64,000 nt of DNA. It comes from Dicyema japonicum (lineage: Eukaryota > Animalia > Dicyemida). Position numbers and translations under genes: made by a program. The stretch spans positions 135,800-199,799 of the forward strand of contig RDEW01000027.1 of the NCBI GenBank assembly GCA_011109175.1, read 5' to 3'. The notes under the pieces are model-generated. The model was not told the DNA's origin and made no database searches. It worked only from the letters and a program-made list of their open reading frames with translations. This document shows, one piece after another, positions 25,620-37,995 of this stretch (the first letter of the stretch is position 1; every line of letters starts with the position of its first letter).

Positions 25620-27300
25620 CCGTTTTGCCCCCTCGACTCTTCGATGTTTCGCTGCAATCACGAGATCATAGCGTACGATAAAATAATTAAATTTTTGTTA
25701 GTTGGGGAGGGGAGGTACTGAGGAACACGTTGAATGGAGTTGATGACAACACTGATCCTTGAGGAATTCCATTTGGAATGTCTTAAGGTTTTGATTTTTG
25801 GTTGTTTGTCACAATTTGTCCCAGTCGAACGTTGATAAAGTTAACCAAAATGACTTGAATTTATGCTGGATCGTCGTCGCAAAAATTTTTTCAGTAAAGA
25901 TCTTCAGAGATACTGCGTCATGCGTCTTCTCTGTATCCACTAGACCAACACGGTTCTCTTGACTGGATTGGAGTATTTAGGCCCTCCGAAATGAATTAGA
26001 TCTGTTTTGTTAAATGGGTTGTTGTCGAGTGTCCTTCCAAAATTCGTGTAGAAAAGATTTCTTTCATATTTTCGGAATCTTGTTCTCGTTTATTGAGAGA
26101 TTGAAAATTTGTGTTATTGCCACCGTCGCGGAAGGACCCAGGTTCTACAGTTCGAGAACGAAGAAATCGTCTGAACCGCGGGATGACGATTTGTTCATTT
26201 TAGTGATTACTCATTGCACCATAGTCGAAAAAAAGAAAGTTATTTGAAGACATTTATTCCTCCGAACATGGCCTGAACGAAGATTCTGGTATTTTTAATG
26301 ATTTATGACTAATGTTAACGTGGTACTTCATTAGGTCATTGGGATTTGGACCTGGCTCTCGATTTGCAATTAAATATGGAGAGCACTTCATGAACCTCCC
26401 TATTGATTTCCATAATAGAGTGGAAGAAGTATTATTCGTAACTTTTTTTCAGCACGGCTTCCAATGTTTTTTGTTGTGTTCTGTGATGTTCCGCATGATT
26501 TCTCTATTCAGTTGAATCTTTTTTAATGAATCTTTTCCGAGCTCTGAGTATAATGACGTTGAGGTGTCTGACGGCGACGTCGATAAATCTAAAATCCTCT
26601 ATCCGGAAACCGTGAAGGTGTTCCTCAATAAAATATGTGAATTCGGGCCACACTGCACGTGAGAAGTTGACAATTGTTCTTGGAGTATGAATTCTCATGA
26701 TGAGTTGGTTATGGTCATTATGTAAGTCACATATAACCTCCCAAGAAATGTCGAGCGTCATAGGGGAGTCACCCCGGTGGGACGGGATCCTTGTGTGTAC
26801 ACTTGGGTTATAGAGAATGATCAAGTCGTAAAAACTGAGAGCTCCCCGTTAATAAAGTTGTTAGTTAGCATACCTCTAGAACTCTTGGAGGAAGGGGTTA
26901 AATGTTATTCGAAATATTTCTGGCAAGGATATGGTTCCTGGTCAGTGTAGTAAGGCCTCCGCGCCTCCATAACTTCTGTCTTGTCTAAAACTGAATATCT
27001 AGGAATGCTGGGGGTAGGCTGTAGTGGGTTTAGTTTTGTCTCTTGAAGGAGAGCTAAATCCACTGAGTGTCTAAGGGAAAGTGTTGTAGTCGGTAATTTT
27101 TGTCCAAATACCATTAATGTTGACTTGCAGTATGATAAGATCTGGTCCGGGAATTTTCTCGACGTCTCCGCAAGAAAGAAACAGGATACGACACCATCCG
27201 CGCAACCGTGATTGTGGGATAGGGAGTTTGCAACACTTTTCCAACACTTCAAGAGAGTGATGCTAAGATGTAGGTGAGTCAATAAGTCACGCGGCATGTT
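25620..27300 (-). mobile_element. Heavily decayed APE-RT LINE
   Basis: VDLALLQETKL, SHRGDSPMTLDI and PNGIPQGSVLS remnants; a related 5' piece lies at about 32350-32600. Confidence 0.7.
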
Positions 27301-28864
27301 TATTCGCCACTGTTTCTCTCTTATAGTTATATTTCACTTTTAATGTACTCAGATCTAAATTATTGGATTTAACAGATATTAGTAATTAATGCACGTCAAA
27401 AAATTAATTTCTGACATTTTAATGGCTAACCTCTGGATTCCATTACATCGAATATCTTTCATGTGGACAACCGAAAACACGTTTAACGTGATGTCATGTC
27501 ATTCACTATCTCTAAGCTTTTGTGTCGCCCAGAAGGCAGTTAACGGAGCTCGAAAGAGGACTATTTATTCCATTTTGTAATCTCTTGTTCAAGAGACATC
27601 CACTGCTCTTGCGACGTGTCGAGATCAAGATTTCTTTTTCCTTGTTATACCAGTGCGGTGTCATATGATCCATTTGTCTCAGGCTGCGTTCAGTATCATG
27701 ATAGTATTTTCTCCTCTATTTCACTGGATGGGTTCTTTATAACTGCAAATACTCGACATTTTATTCCCTTTTTGTTTGTTCTGGGTGGACGTGTACGTAA
27801 TATCTATGACCGTAAGAACTGTAACATTTAATTATCTGTGAACTATTAACTTCTTTAAGTGCCTTATATTAACTTTAGCATACTCTGAGCTTTAAAATGT
27901 AGAATTTAACAAATTTCTGTTAATTGTATGTAAGTGTATGTTTCAAATCAATTTAGCTGCTAATTCATTTGATAGTAAATCTTTGGGTTAAGTCTAATAT
28001 GCGTTATCTGAGTTAAATTCCCATACCACTACATGATCGAAGGATTTATTACTCCTATGTGACTTTGAATCCTAAAAATCTTACGCAATCCATCTGTCCC
28101 AGGAGACTCTTAGTGCCTGTTGGTGTCCAAAAATAATCTCTCTTCTCCACTCCAGAGGTTTCCATAATGGCGGATGTGGATGGATTTGTTGCTTTAAAAG
28201 GACGCGTCTTACTCCCACCGTGGAAACTAGATATACCTTTTTTAGACGTTAACTCACTCTTTTAACGGTATATCCAAGGTTATTAAATAAAATAATAATA
28301 TTAGCTTTAGAAAATAACAGTAATTAATTCTCTCCATACGTCAAACTATTTCAATTGATGATCATTCTTTTGGCTATATTGAGGTAATTGATGGTTTTAA
28401 CAAATATTGGCAATTAAACTATCAGTTTAGGCAATTTGACTATTCTTTGAGTTTGAATGACGTAAATTGAGTTAAATAATTGGTTTTGCATAAATTTTTA
28501 TTTACTACACCATAAACTGACCCTAAAATTAAATAATTTTCAGACTTTTATTCAATTGTCTTAAAAGAGTGAAGTAATGCTTTGAAATTGTCAATCTGTA
28601 AAATTTTCAGTGCCAGTTGAAACAATTACATCGTGGCCAATATTGATCTTGTGTACTTTAGTAATTAGCATATGGGTGATTGAGAAATTCTGGTGAAAAT
28701 AAATAGAACTGACTAAGCACTAACACTAGAGTGGATTTTTTCTACAAAAAATAAAAGCCAAGCTGCATAAACTTAAGCTTACATTTACTAAATTAAACTG
28801 ATATTCGTCATATAATCGATTTATCATGTGAATAAAAGTTATATTACGGCATAGCCCTAAAGAA

Positions 28865-31290
28865 ATGAGGGAGTACAGAAGGCCAAGAGAGATACTAGCT
28901 TTACCAGATCAGGATTATAACAAACTGAAGGAGGAATGCGTTAGAAATGGGTGCCTCTTTGAAGACCCTGAATTTCCTGCTACAGATTCATCAGTTTATT
29001 ACAATAATCGTCCCATCAGGGGTCGCATCCGATGGCTTCGTCCTAAGGTACTCCACGTGTGGATCGATTTTTGATATTTTACGTTGAAATATTAACTTGT
29101 AGGAAATTTACTCAAATCCCCAATTCATAGTCGGCGATACTTCACGTTTTGACATAATTCAAGGAGCCGTAGGTGAAGACAACCTTGGCTGAATTTGTAG
29201 GTAACTGTTGGATGTTGGCGGCAGTAGGATCATTAACGACACGTGAGGAATTGTTGAGAAATGTTGTCATTAAAAATCAAAATTTTGATGATCAAAACTA
29301 CGCGGGAATTTTTCGCTTCCGTTTTTGGCATTTTGGAGACTTCAAGGAGATCGTAATTGACGATAGACTTCCTGTTACCGAGAGAGGGGACTTAATATTT
29401 ATGAAATCAAGGGACAGGGGAGAATGCTGGTCACCATTGCTCGAAAAAGCCTATGCAAAGTACTGAAGAGTCACTAATCTGTAGAATGTGTGGAAATTAT
29501 GAAGCCTTAAGTGGTGGAAGCGCGATCGAAGGAATGGTTGACTTTACAGGAGGAATTGGGGAGACATATAAGCTTAATTCAAAAAATATACCTCCAAATT
29601 TATTCGAAATACTGGAAAAATCTCTCGAAAATAACGCCTTAATGTCATGTGCCATACAGGTTGATCATATAGTAAACTTTAGGGTAATCAAATGGAAGGA
29701 CGTCTTTCGAATGGACTCATCATGCTGCATGCTTATTCCATTACGGGGATCAAAACTGTTGAGTCAGACTGAGCTATTTTAGATTTTTCTCGAGAGAATA
29801 GGAAAGAGTGTTAAAATGGTGAGACTAAGAAATCCCTGGGGCGGAGTAGAGTGGAATGGACCGTGGTCTGATGGATCGAGGGAATGGGACCTTATTTCAT
29901 CGCATGAAAAAGACAGACTCGGACTAATTTGTGAGGATGACGGAGAATTCTGGTATTTTGAGATGAAACATATTAAGGATGGACTGGAGTGATTTTTCGA
30001 ACAATTTCTCCATTGTCGACGTCTGCAATCTTCACCCGGATTCGGGATCCAAAACAAATACTCATGATTGGAACTCTTTAGAAATCAAAGGCTGTTGGGA
30101 CAAACTAGTTACATCAGGAGGAAATGTTCAGTCTGGTTTCTGCGATTTTTAACATTCTTAGCGAATTATATGTCGAACCCTCAATTCAGTTTTTCACTCC
30201 AAGAAAGGGGGGCTAAATCAGAAATTGTGATATGTCTCTCCCAGAAAGATCGACGACGACTTTTTTCACAAGGAAAGTCGATGCTCTCTGTGGCATTTCA
30301 CCTTTATCAGGTAAATTGGTGGTGCTTCTGTTCCATAGAAAGTGAAGATTGGAAGACATAGCAGAATGCAAATGATCTGCAATTCAAATCCGTACATAAA
30401 CCGCAGAGATATCACAATTCGTGCCTCGATTCCTGAAGGAGACTATATTCTTATTCCTTCTACATTCTATACGGGAGAGAGTGGAGAATTTCTCATAAGA
30501 GTTTTCTGCGATGGACAAATACAAGGAAAGTAGTGTTGAATGTAACTAATTACAGGAACCTCGACGAAGGGTCCCACGTGTCTAAAAAGGTGTCTCGAAT
30601 GGTCACTTTAGGCAATTTCTAATGATACAAATTTGATGACAGATGATGTGAGTCAGATATTCAAAAAATATGCCCAATATGACATGGAGATTGATAGAAC
30701 TGAGCTACACGACCTCCTGAACGATTTATTTACGTTGGGTACCCTCATGAATTTATTTGCCAGACAAAAAGGGGCCAGTTTTCCGAGAACACCTCGCATA
30801 TGAAATTCTCTTATATTTTGACGTTTTAATCGAATGTGATGTTCTATAGAAAGACTCTCAGGGGACAATTGGATTTGACGAATTCAAAGATCTTTGGAAC
30901 ATGCTCTGTGAAGCCAAGGTTTGAGAATATATCTCATTTCTAGAACGTCTTTAAGAAATCGGACGTTGATAACAGTGGGAATCTTAACTCCCTAGAACTG
31001 AGGATAGCCCTCTCCAGATTCGGTTTATCTTAGTAAATGACTGCGGGTTACTCTGTGGGATCATCAATACTAAACTTGCTGGCGACCAAATACTCAGACA
31101 GAAACGGAAATTTAGCGTTTGACGCTTTCTGCACTTGCCTCGGGAAAATAAAGATCACATATGGTTTGAAATGTAGTAATTATTTCCAGAACGGTTTAGT
31201 GAAATTGAAAAAATGAGGCAAATGAAGCTTGACTTCAACCAGGTTAGGATTTATGAGCATTTTTAGTTCATGCACTTAACACTGCACTAA
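28865..31290 (+). CDS. Classical calpain (CysPc, C2-like domain III, penta-EF-hand); 17 exons
   Basis: Catalytic QGAVGNCW, HAYS and RNPWG motifs, GDYILIPSTF and EF hands. Introns: 29048-29102 (55 nt), 29173-29200, 29460-29484, 29660-29682, 29758-29782, 29953-29977, 30136-30161, 30311-30338, 30530-30555, 30590-30611 and six more of 24-27 nt. TAA at 31288-31290. Confidence 0.93.
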
Positions 31291-31399
31291 GTCTCACTAA
31301 TTATGTACTAATAACATAAAATTTATTAAACTTTAAGTTCACTCGATTATGAGTTAAGATATAGCCTTCATGAGCAGTCCAAGGCACAATTATAAATCT

Positions 31400-32400
31400 C
31401 AGGCTTTTTCATCTTCCTCGATTATTATCCAGTGATCTCTTAGATTCAAATCGTTTGCGAGATTCAACTCCATTTAAGTGTTTTTTTATGTCAATTTTAT
31501 TACAACTGGCAGAGTTAATCTTACCTTGAATGAAAGCGGCTTTCTTTGAAAGTATAATAGCCTTCCATGGCTATATTTACTGAGATGATCGGGCCTGTTT
31601 TCAATATATGTCAGAACAGTGTCTATCTAGATTTCCAGACTTATTTGCTTGCATCTGTAATTTTCTAGATTGGACTATTAGAGAATCTGGTAGGTAAATC
31701 TGTCCCAGTAAGTTTCTTCAGGAGACTCCTATGGGAGGAATCAACCTTTCTATTTCTCGTATGTTAGCCCATGTCCCAGTGTTATATAGCAGAGTGAACT
31801 ACACAAAGGGGTTTGGAGTTGTACATTTCTTAGCACTAAGGGCTTTGCATTTCTACCATCAATTATTATCTTACGCATGTCTTCTATGTTTCCTAAGAGA
31901 GATCCGAATTTTTCTTAACGTCTTTAATTTTCCAAGAAAATGTTATCCATTCTTTTCACTTCTATTAACTCCTCCTAGTATTATTAACATTGAGAAACCA
32001 TTTCCAAGACAGATCAGGAGCATTTTCCAATTGACACTCCAAAGCTACCCAGTTTTCAGAGATTATATAGACATCATCTGCATAAATCACTTCTATTTTT
32101 CCTTGGAGTAGTGTTGTGACTTAACTGAAAAAGGTCATTCAGAATATCACAAAGTTCCGAATTTGACAGTAAAATTATAATATTTTTTTAAATAAATATT
32201 TATTAAATGAAAACAAAAATTAATCAAAAATGGTCCCCGTAGACATGAACGAGGTTGCATTGCCTCTAATCGATATTTAAAAAAATAAACTTCCAGAAAT
32301 TGTTTCAGCCAGGGTCTGAAATTCCTATAGTGTTCAACGTGAGCAGGTTCAGTTCCCAAACCTCCTCGTGTATCATGCGGTTTCTAAGCGTTTTTTTTTA
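31400..32400 (-). mobile_element. Decayed RTE-like LINE RT fragment
   Basis: The minus strand reads IEVIYADDVYII near 32050-32100, among many stops. Confidence 0.6.
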
Positions 32401-33232
32401 ATTTTTGTCCGATGAAGAAACTTTCATCATGATTAGATCTGGTCCATGTTTTTCTCCGACGTCTCTGCAGGAAATAAGCAGGATACGACACTATCCACGT
32501 CTCCACGATTGCGAAATATGGAGTTTTCGATTCTCTTACAACACTTCAAGTAAGCAATGCCACCACGTAGGTGAGTCACACAGCATGTTATTTTTGTCAT
32601 TATGAAAAAGCGAGGCGCATCACCACCCTCAACAAAAGTTAAGATAGCCTAATTATAAAATTATTATTAAGAAGTTAACGACTAATCAAGTGTATTTGGT
32701 TGAGATGGTGACGTCCCTCTGTTCACTATGTCCAATATACACCCTGGAGAACTTGTGTTAATGACATACTTAACGACCACCGAAAAATCGCAATCACAAG
32801 AGGAGCGCGGAGGCGTCGGACTGCAAAGATTATCCGGGGTGCGGGACAAGCGACGTCAATTGATTAACTTTCTTGTTGCGAATGTGCATAATAAAATAAG
32901 TTTATCTAGTCTCCACTGCCACCGAAAAAGAGCCCTTCAACGTCATACAAGTCCATCCAGAACCAGCATGAAAGGTAAAAAGCGTCCATTCCTTGCAGTT
33001 GTGGAAACCCCTGCAGTGGAGTGAGGGAAGCAAATGATCCTTTTTTTTGCCACCCTGGTACTGGGCACCACCTGAGACAGGTAGATCACATAACGCAACT
33101 TATTGTAATGCTATTTAATGATCAATTCGAAGTTATCTAATGGATGTGATTTTAATTTTTTATCTTAATAACAATTATTAGTCTTTATAAAATAAATATA
33201 AATAAATGATAAATCAAATTCAAATAATGTGA

Positions 33233-34345
33233 ATGAGGTTGAAGGTTCTGTTTTTCGGATCGGATTGGTTTAGTATTCCAATATTCAAAAAATTGTTTGA
33301 TTCAGCTAGTGACTTGTAGAAAAAACAGCAGCTTTGTCGACAATTTGTCAGTTGTTGCTTCCGATAAATCAATTTTGTCTCAAAATTTGGTTTTAGAAGA
33401 GGTGGACTTAAAACCTTGGCCATTGAAAGTACAAGACGGCGAATTCGATCTTGGGATTGTGGCCTCTTTTGGAAAATTGATCCCTTCCTCTGTCATTAAG
33501 CAGTTTCCAAAGCATCTTTTTGTTCATTTATTTTTCAGAGGAATAATCAACTTCCATGGTAGTCTCCTTCCTCGTTGGAGAGGACCCGCCCCCATTTGCA
33601 GGACGATCCTCGCTGGGGATGAAACTACAGGGGTCACATGTACCATGGTTGAGCCTTATCAGTAATGTGATTCGAAAATGCTGCAGATTTGACACGGGGA
33701 AGATTTTATTGCAACGAGAGGTCGATGTTCCCAGAAATGCGCATTTTCCACAACTCAGAGACAATTTGTCGAGTTTGGCTGTGAACATGGTTGATGAATG
33801 TCTTTTACTTTGTCAACGTGACTTTTATAATCTAATTCCTCAAGATGAAGCATCCGCAACTCATGGTTTGCCTTAAAATTCATTCAAGCTTCTAAAATTA
33901 GGTCTTCGATCGCCAAGATCAACTGGGGGACGACCACAGTAGACGATATTTATAGAATTCACAGAGCGGTTTCCCACAGGGTCTGATCCATGTATATAAT
34001 ATTTCAGTTCCCGCTAAATAGTGCTATAAATGGGCGTCCCGTGTTTTTTCATGATATTGTTGATCCACTTGAGGTGTCAGAATGTAAGATTTGAGTTATG
34101 TTGAAGATTTAAATAGGAACCTAGAACGTAAAGCTTATTACCTTGAATGCCGAGCTGGAAGGAGTTATTACATTCGGCCACTCAAGGCTATCGGAATTCG
34201 ATGTCTGGTGGTGATCAGTCTTATTTTGTAGGACGGATTGGTTGCCTTCAGAACTTTGACCTGTCGCTGTAAGAAAATATCTGCTGGTCTCTTTTACTCA
34301 GGGAATATGATCTACAGTGATTCAGTTTTCACTAACTGTGTGTGA
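33233..34345 (+). CDS. MTFMT: Methionyl-tRNA formyltransferase, mitochondrial type; 8 exons
   Basis: MRLKVLFFGSD...FDLGIVASFGKLIP...GIINFHGSLLPRWRGPAPI...FDTGKILLQ. Seven introns of 23-27 nt, one GC-AG (33512-33538). TGA at 34343-34345. Confidence 0.9.
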
Positions 34346-34409
34346 TGATTGTATTAGATTTTCTATCTGATTATCATGGAACAAATATTTTTTATATTAT
34401 TTAAGCTTT

Positions 34410-35000
34410 TTCTTAAAATTTAAAAATAGATCAATTATCAATTCGTTCCTGTAACTTAAAATAACTTTAATATCACTTACGGTTTGAAAAAGCTCGTTAC
34501 ACGTAAAGACAACGCGTTTTACGGCGTCGGACGGATCCTACCCTCGGCACTTTTGTCAGAATCGTAGATACGAAGGAACGACTGTGGATTCTTCATGCTC
34601 TGCAAATGCAGACACTTCAGGGAAGCGGTGGGGTTCTCTTCTACGAGTACAGGATGAAAATGTCGAGGGCGATAAGAAGAACTGGAATAGTTCGGTTACT
34701 ATTACCTTCTTTCCCTATTGCATAGTTGTCACAGCATTTCCTAGGGCTTAACCATTGGGGACTCTTGTAGTTTTTTCTTTGTAATGTTTTGTCCTGAAAA
34801 TGGGGGGTTGGTCTTTCAAACAGAAAATAAGAAGTTCATAAGGACAAACTTTATAAAATCATTCTCAACTATCTTAAAACCACATCAGTATAGAAAGACC
34901 GTCTCTATTCAATTTAACATTTTCTCGTCGAGCTGGGATCACTTGGTCAAGGTCATTCTCTTTTTTCATTAGCGATCCTTGACTCTCAGTGAATGCAGGA
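34410..35000 (-). CDS. Probable unidentified spliced gene (exon structure unresolved)
   Basis: Higher GC than flanks; several minus-strand GT..AG segments of 24-35 nt (e.g. gtaatagtaaccgaactattccag, gtaagtgatattaaagttattttaag) separate open stretches. No recognisable homology. Confidence 0.35.
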
Positions 35001-35061
35001 GGGAATTTTTATTGCAAGAAAATTATTTTAAGACAATATTTTAGTGCAAATTAATTTTCAA

Positions 35062-35797
35062 TCAAATTCTGCGCATCTTCCTTGATTTTTTCCCATTAGG
35101 TGGAAGAGTCGCGTCAGCAAGGGAGACAACCTTCAACCCAGACTCTGACATTCCAGTAATAGCAGCCTAGTATAGACAAAAGAATCACAACCTCCCTCGT
35201 GGAAGAAAATCCACGCAATATCAGTCTGATTCCATCATTGAAACCCAATGACACAATTCTCTGCGAATATGACCAACCATTACCATTCCAACTGACTTGG
35301 CCGATAACTGTGCAGCGATTGTAGTCTTCTTTTTAGAATTTTTGAATCCTTCAGTGCCCTAAGCATGTCTACAGTAAGTTACCATAGACCGATGCAAAAT
35401 CATCCTTCCTTTAATATCATTAGAACCAGTACCATGCGTGTTCGTGAAGGCCATGTGACAGTTATTCTTGGAAAAAGTCATGTGAAGAATCGGAAATGAG
35501 TCCAACGGTTTTCCGCCGATCAAAACTTCCTTGGGTAGTGAACGAAGGGCCAATTTTCTAGAATAGGGTTTTCAATCAAAACTCGATTTTTTCCATGATA
35601 GTATTGTGCGAGGGGTTGATTTCCACATACCCATCGGGTCGAGTTTTGGTGATGTCCTTTTTTTCGATTTTGTAGTACAATTTTAAGTGTTCCTTTGACG
35701 TGTTGATTGATGAAATAAATCTTGGAAGAACGGTATAATTTTGAAAACATTTAAAAATAGGAGTCAAAAAATGAAAAGAATTAGCCAATGAACACAT
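35062..35797 (-). CDS. MRPS11: Mitochondrial ribosomal protein S11 (uS11m); 6 exons
   Basis: ILHMTFSKNNCHM...GTEGFKNSKKKTTIAAQ...ILRGFSSTREAAITG...VVSLADATLPPNGKKSRKMRRI after removing five GT-AG introns of 23-25 nt. Confidence 0.9.
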
Positions 35798-35866
35798 CAA
35801 TAAAAAACAATTTTAAATTTTATTTTAAAATAAATAACAAAATAGAAAAAATTTATTTTATATCAG

Positions 35867-36520
35867 ATGTCAAATTCGACCATCAAATTGATACGAAGGA
35901 ACCGGCTCGTGGTGAATGCAGAGAAGTCGTCTACGTCACTATTTACCTCGGACAAAAGATTGGGAAGGAAGACAGTCACCTTGAAGTTAAACAAGGTCGG
36001 CATTCCTTTCCACATATGTCAAAGGATCTTGGGTGTGACAATTGATATGCATCTCTGTTTAACACCTCACGTAGAAAACATTCTATTGAAATGCGAGAAG
36101 AAATTGAACGTATTGAAAAGTTTATCGAGAATATGGAAGAGTGGTACACACCCAGTTTTGATGACGTATACAAACAATACATCGAGCTATGTTTCTCATA
36201 TGCATGCGCCTCGTGGGGTCCGTCCATATCTTGGACAAATATGAGGAAAATTGAGGAAATGCAAAAGAGGGTTTACAGAGTAACGGAGCGTTGGATTTGC
36301 GAAGATCATCGACCCGGACCTACGCCTCTGGAGGCCCTTATGAGACTAGACTCCAGATCACGGGAAGTTGGCCCTGAAAATTCAGGCAGCCGTCCTGTAC
36401 GTTCATGCGCGGGCACGAAGAAGAACACCGGGAAAAGATGAGGTCTCTGCTAGAATGCATCGGGATCACGTGATAATTAGTTTTGTTTTACCGTGGTCTC
36501 GGGTTAAATAAATAAAAAAA
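35867..36520 (+). mobile_element. 5'-truncated LINE 3' end (family whose ORF ends in GIT*), inserted about 70 bp upstream of the MRPS11 start
   Basis: ILGVTIDMHL...YACASWG...GIT* then a TAAA/A tail; relatives at 53400-53860, 57130-58270 and 61010-61200. Confidence 0.8.
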
Positions 36521-37830
36521 ATATAAACCTTTTTGAATGTCCTGAATTAGTACACTTTTTGTTATCAAGACTGACTGATGCATGGGAGCGAATGGCACTT
36601 GTTGCGTCCTACTTAATATCCGCCGGTCTCTTAAAAGTTGTAACTAAAACATCATCAATGAATAATATGTTGCATGGTGCTAATTGGTTGAAGATTTCTA
36701 TTTATTTTTTCTAGTGACGTCATTGGATCCACCTAACTCAGGAGACGCCTAATGACTGACCGGCATTCAAAAGGATCATTTCTTTATTTCACCAGTAAAC
36801 TATTCCGCTTTCTGGTGACGAGTACTGACTTCGACCTCTGCTTCCCTGTCCATTGAATCACTTTGCCTAGATTAGGCCTCTAATGGAACGGCTCAGGATT
36901 GCGGTTTTTATTAGTTGGTTTTACCGTTTGTCTTTAAAATAATTTTAATTCATCTCATATGGTTCACCTCTTGTCGTGGTCCACTTTCAACCTTTCCACC
37001 AAACACGATCCATTTGACTAATTTCTAGGGACGCCAACCTTTGGTTGTTACTTTTTTATTAGGAACTAGTTTCTTTCATTTGAATGTCGATGTTAAATAA
37101 ATCACCTGTTCTAGGAGAATCCTGCCTCCAGTTAAAGCTAACAGACCCAACCTCCAGGTACGTCTTTTGGCCAGAGCAAGGATAACATTATCTGACAAAG
37201 GATAAGTTTTACTAAAATCGATATTATAAATTCTGGAATAAATTCACCAATTAAGTATTTATAGCTTAAAGGGATTAATTTTATGTATGAGGTCATAATG
37301 GGATTTTTTGTTCATGTTGAGGCAATCGATAATTAGGCTATTTAAATACTCTAAAATCAGACAAAACGTTTAAATCTCTTGAATAAAAGTTTATATAATA
37401 AATCGATACAGTTATTGACTCATTTCATACAAACAATGAGAACAAAGTCGAACAGAATATGGAAGTTCACAATCAATAATCCCATAGAATCCTCAATACT
37501 AGTCAAAAAATATTTTAAAACCAACAAGGTTGATTTTTAGCCCAGAACTGACCATTTCATTCTAAAAATAAAATAATCAAAATTTTCTAAAAGAAGGTAC
37601 AAGAAAGCAGTATTATCTTTTGAGAAACGAAAAATACTCCATAGATCTTAAAGAAGACTAGGATCACATAACTAGATGGTTTACTTTATCGTGTTCTTTA
37701 AGATAAATAAATAAAAATAAAACGAAATTTGGCCCTAACAGTATGCACTTTCAGTTTACTAATTCTGATACCACGATAACATTGAAGAATTGTCAAGAAT
37801 CAGGAATAATTATTTCACTCGCATTACTTG
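36520..37830 (-). CDS. Probable unidentified spliced gene, divergent from the OSR1-like kinase
   Basis: Several clean minus-strand mini-intron-like units (gtggatccaatgacgtcactag 22 nt, gttccattagaggcctaatctag 23 nt, gttggcgtccctagaaattag 21 nt); the full frame could not be fixed by eye. Confidence 0.4.
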
Positions 37831-37995
37831 GTTATATGAGGGAAGTAATATTTATAATATTAAATAATTTCTTATTTTTAAAATAAAATAACTAATTTAA
37901 TATATATAAAAAACTTATTTAAAATAAACAAATAAAGTTTGTTATCTATCGATACATGTACTTTATGATAAAATTATAATAGTACTGCATAATTC

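Noticed and set aside
28300-28800. Possible minus-strand secreted-protein gene upstream of calpain
   Set aside because: No ATG and no consistent spliced frame could be built; it may be AT-rich promoter or decayed sequence.
29048-29102. A 55-nt calpain intron (and a 48-nt LRRC49 intron) of about twice the modal length, as possible recursive or nested introns
   Set aside because: The calpain intron has no internal AG to support two-step splicing; these are treated as ordinary length outliers.
34460-34530. RRRKRVVFT on the minus strand, resembling a homeodomain N-terminal arm
   Set aside because: No helix 3 (WF.N.R) follows and the frame ends shortly after.
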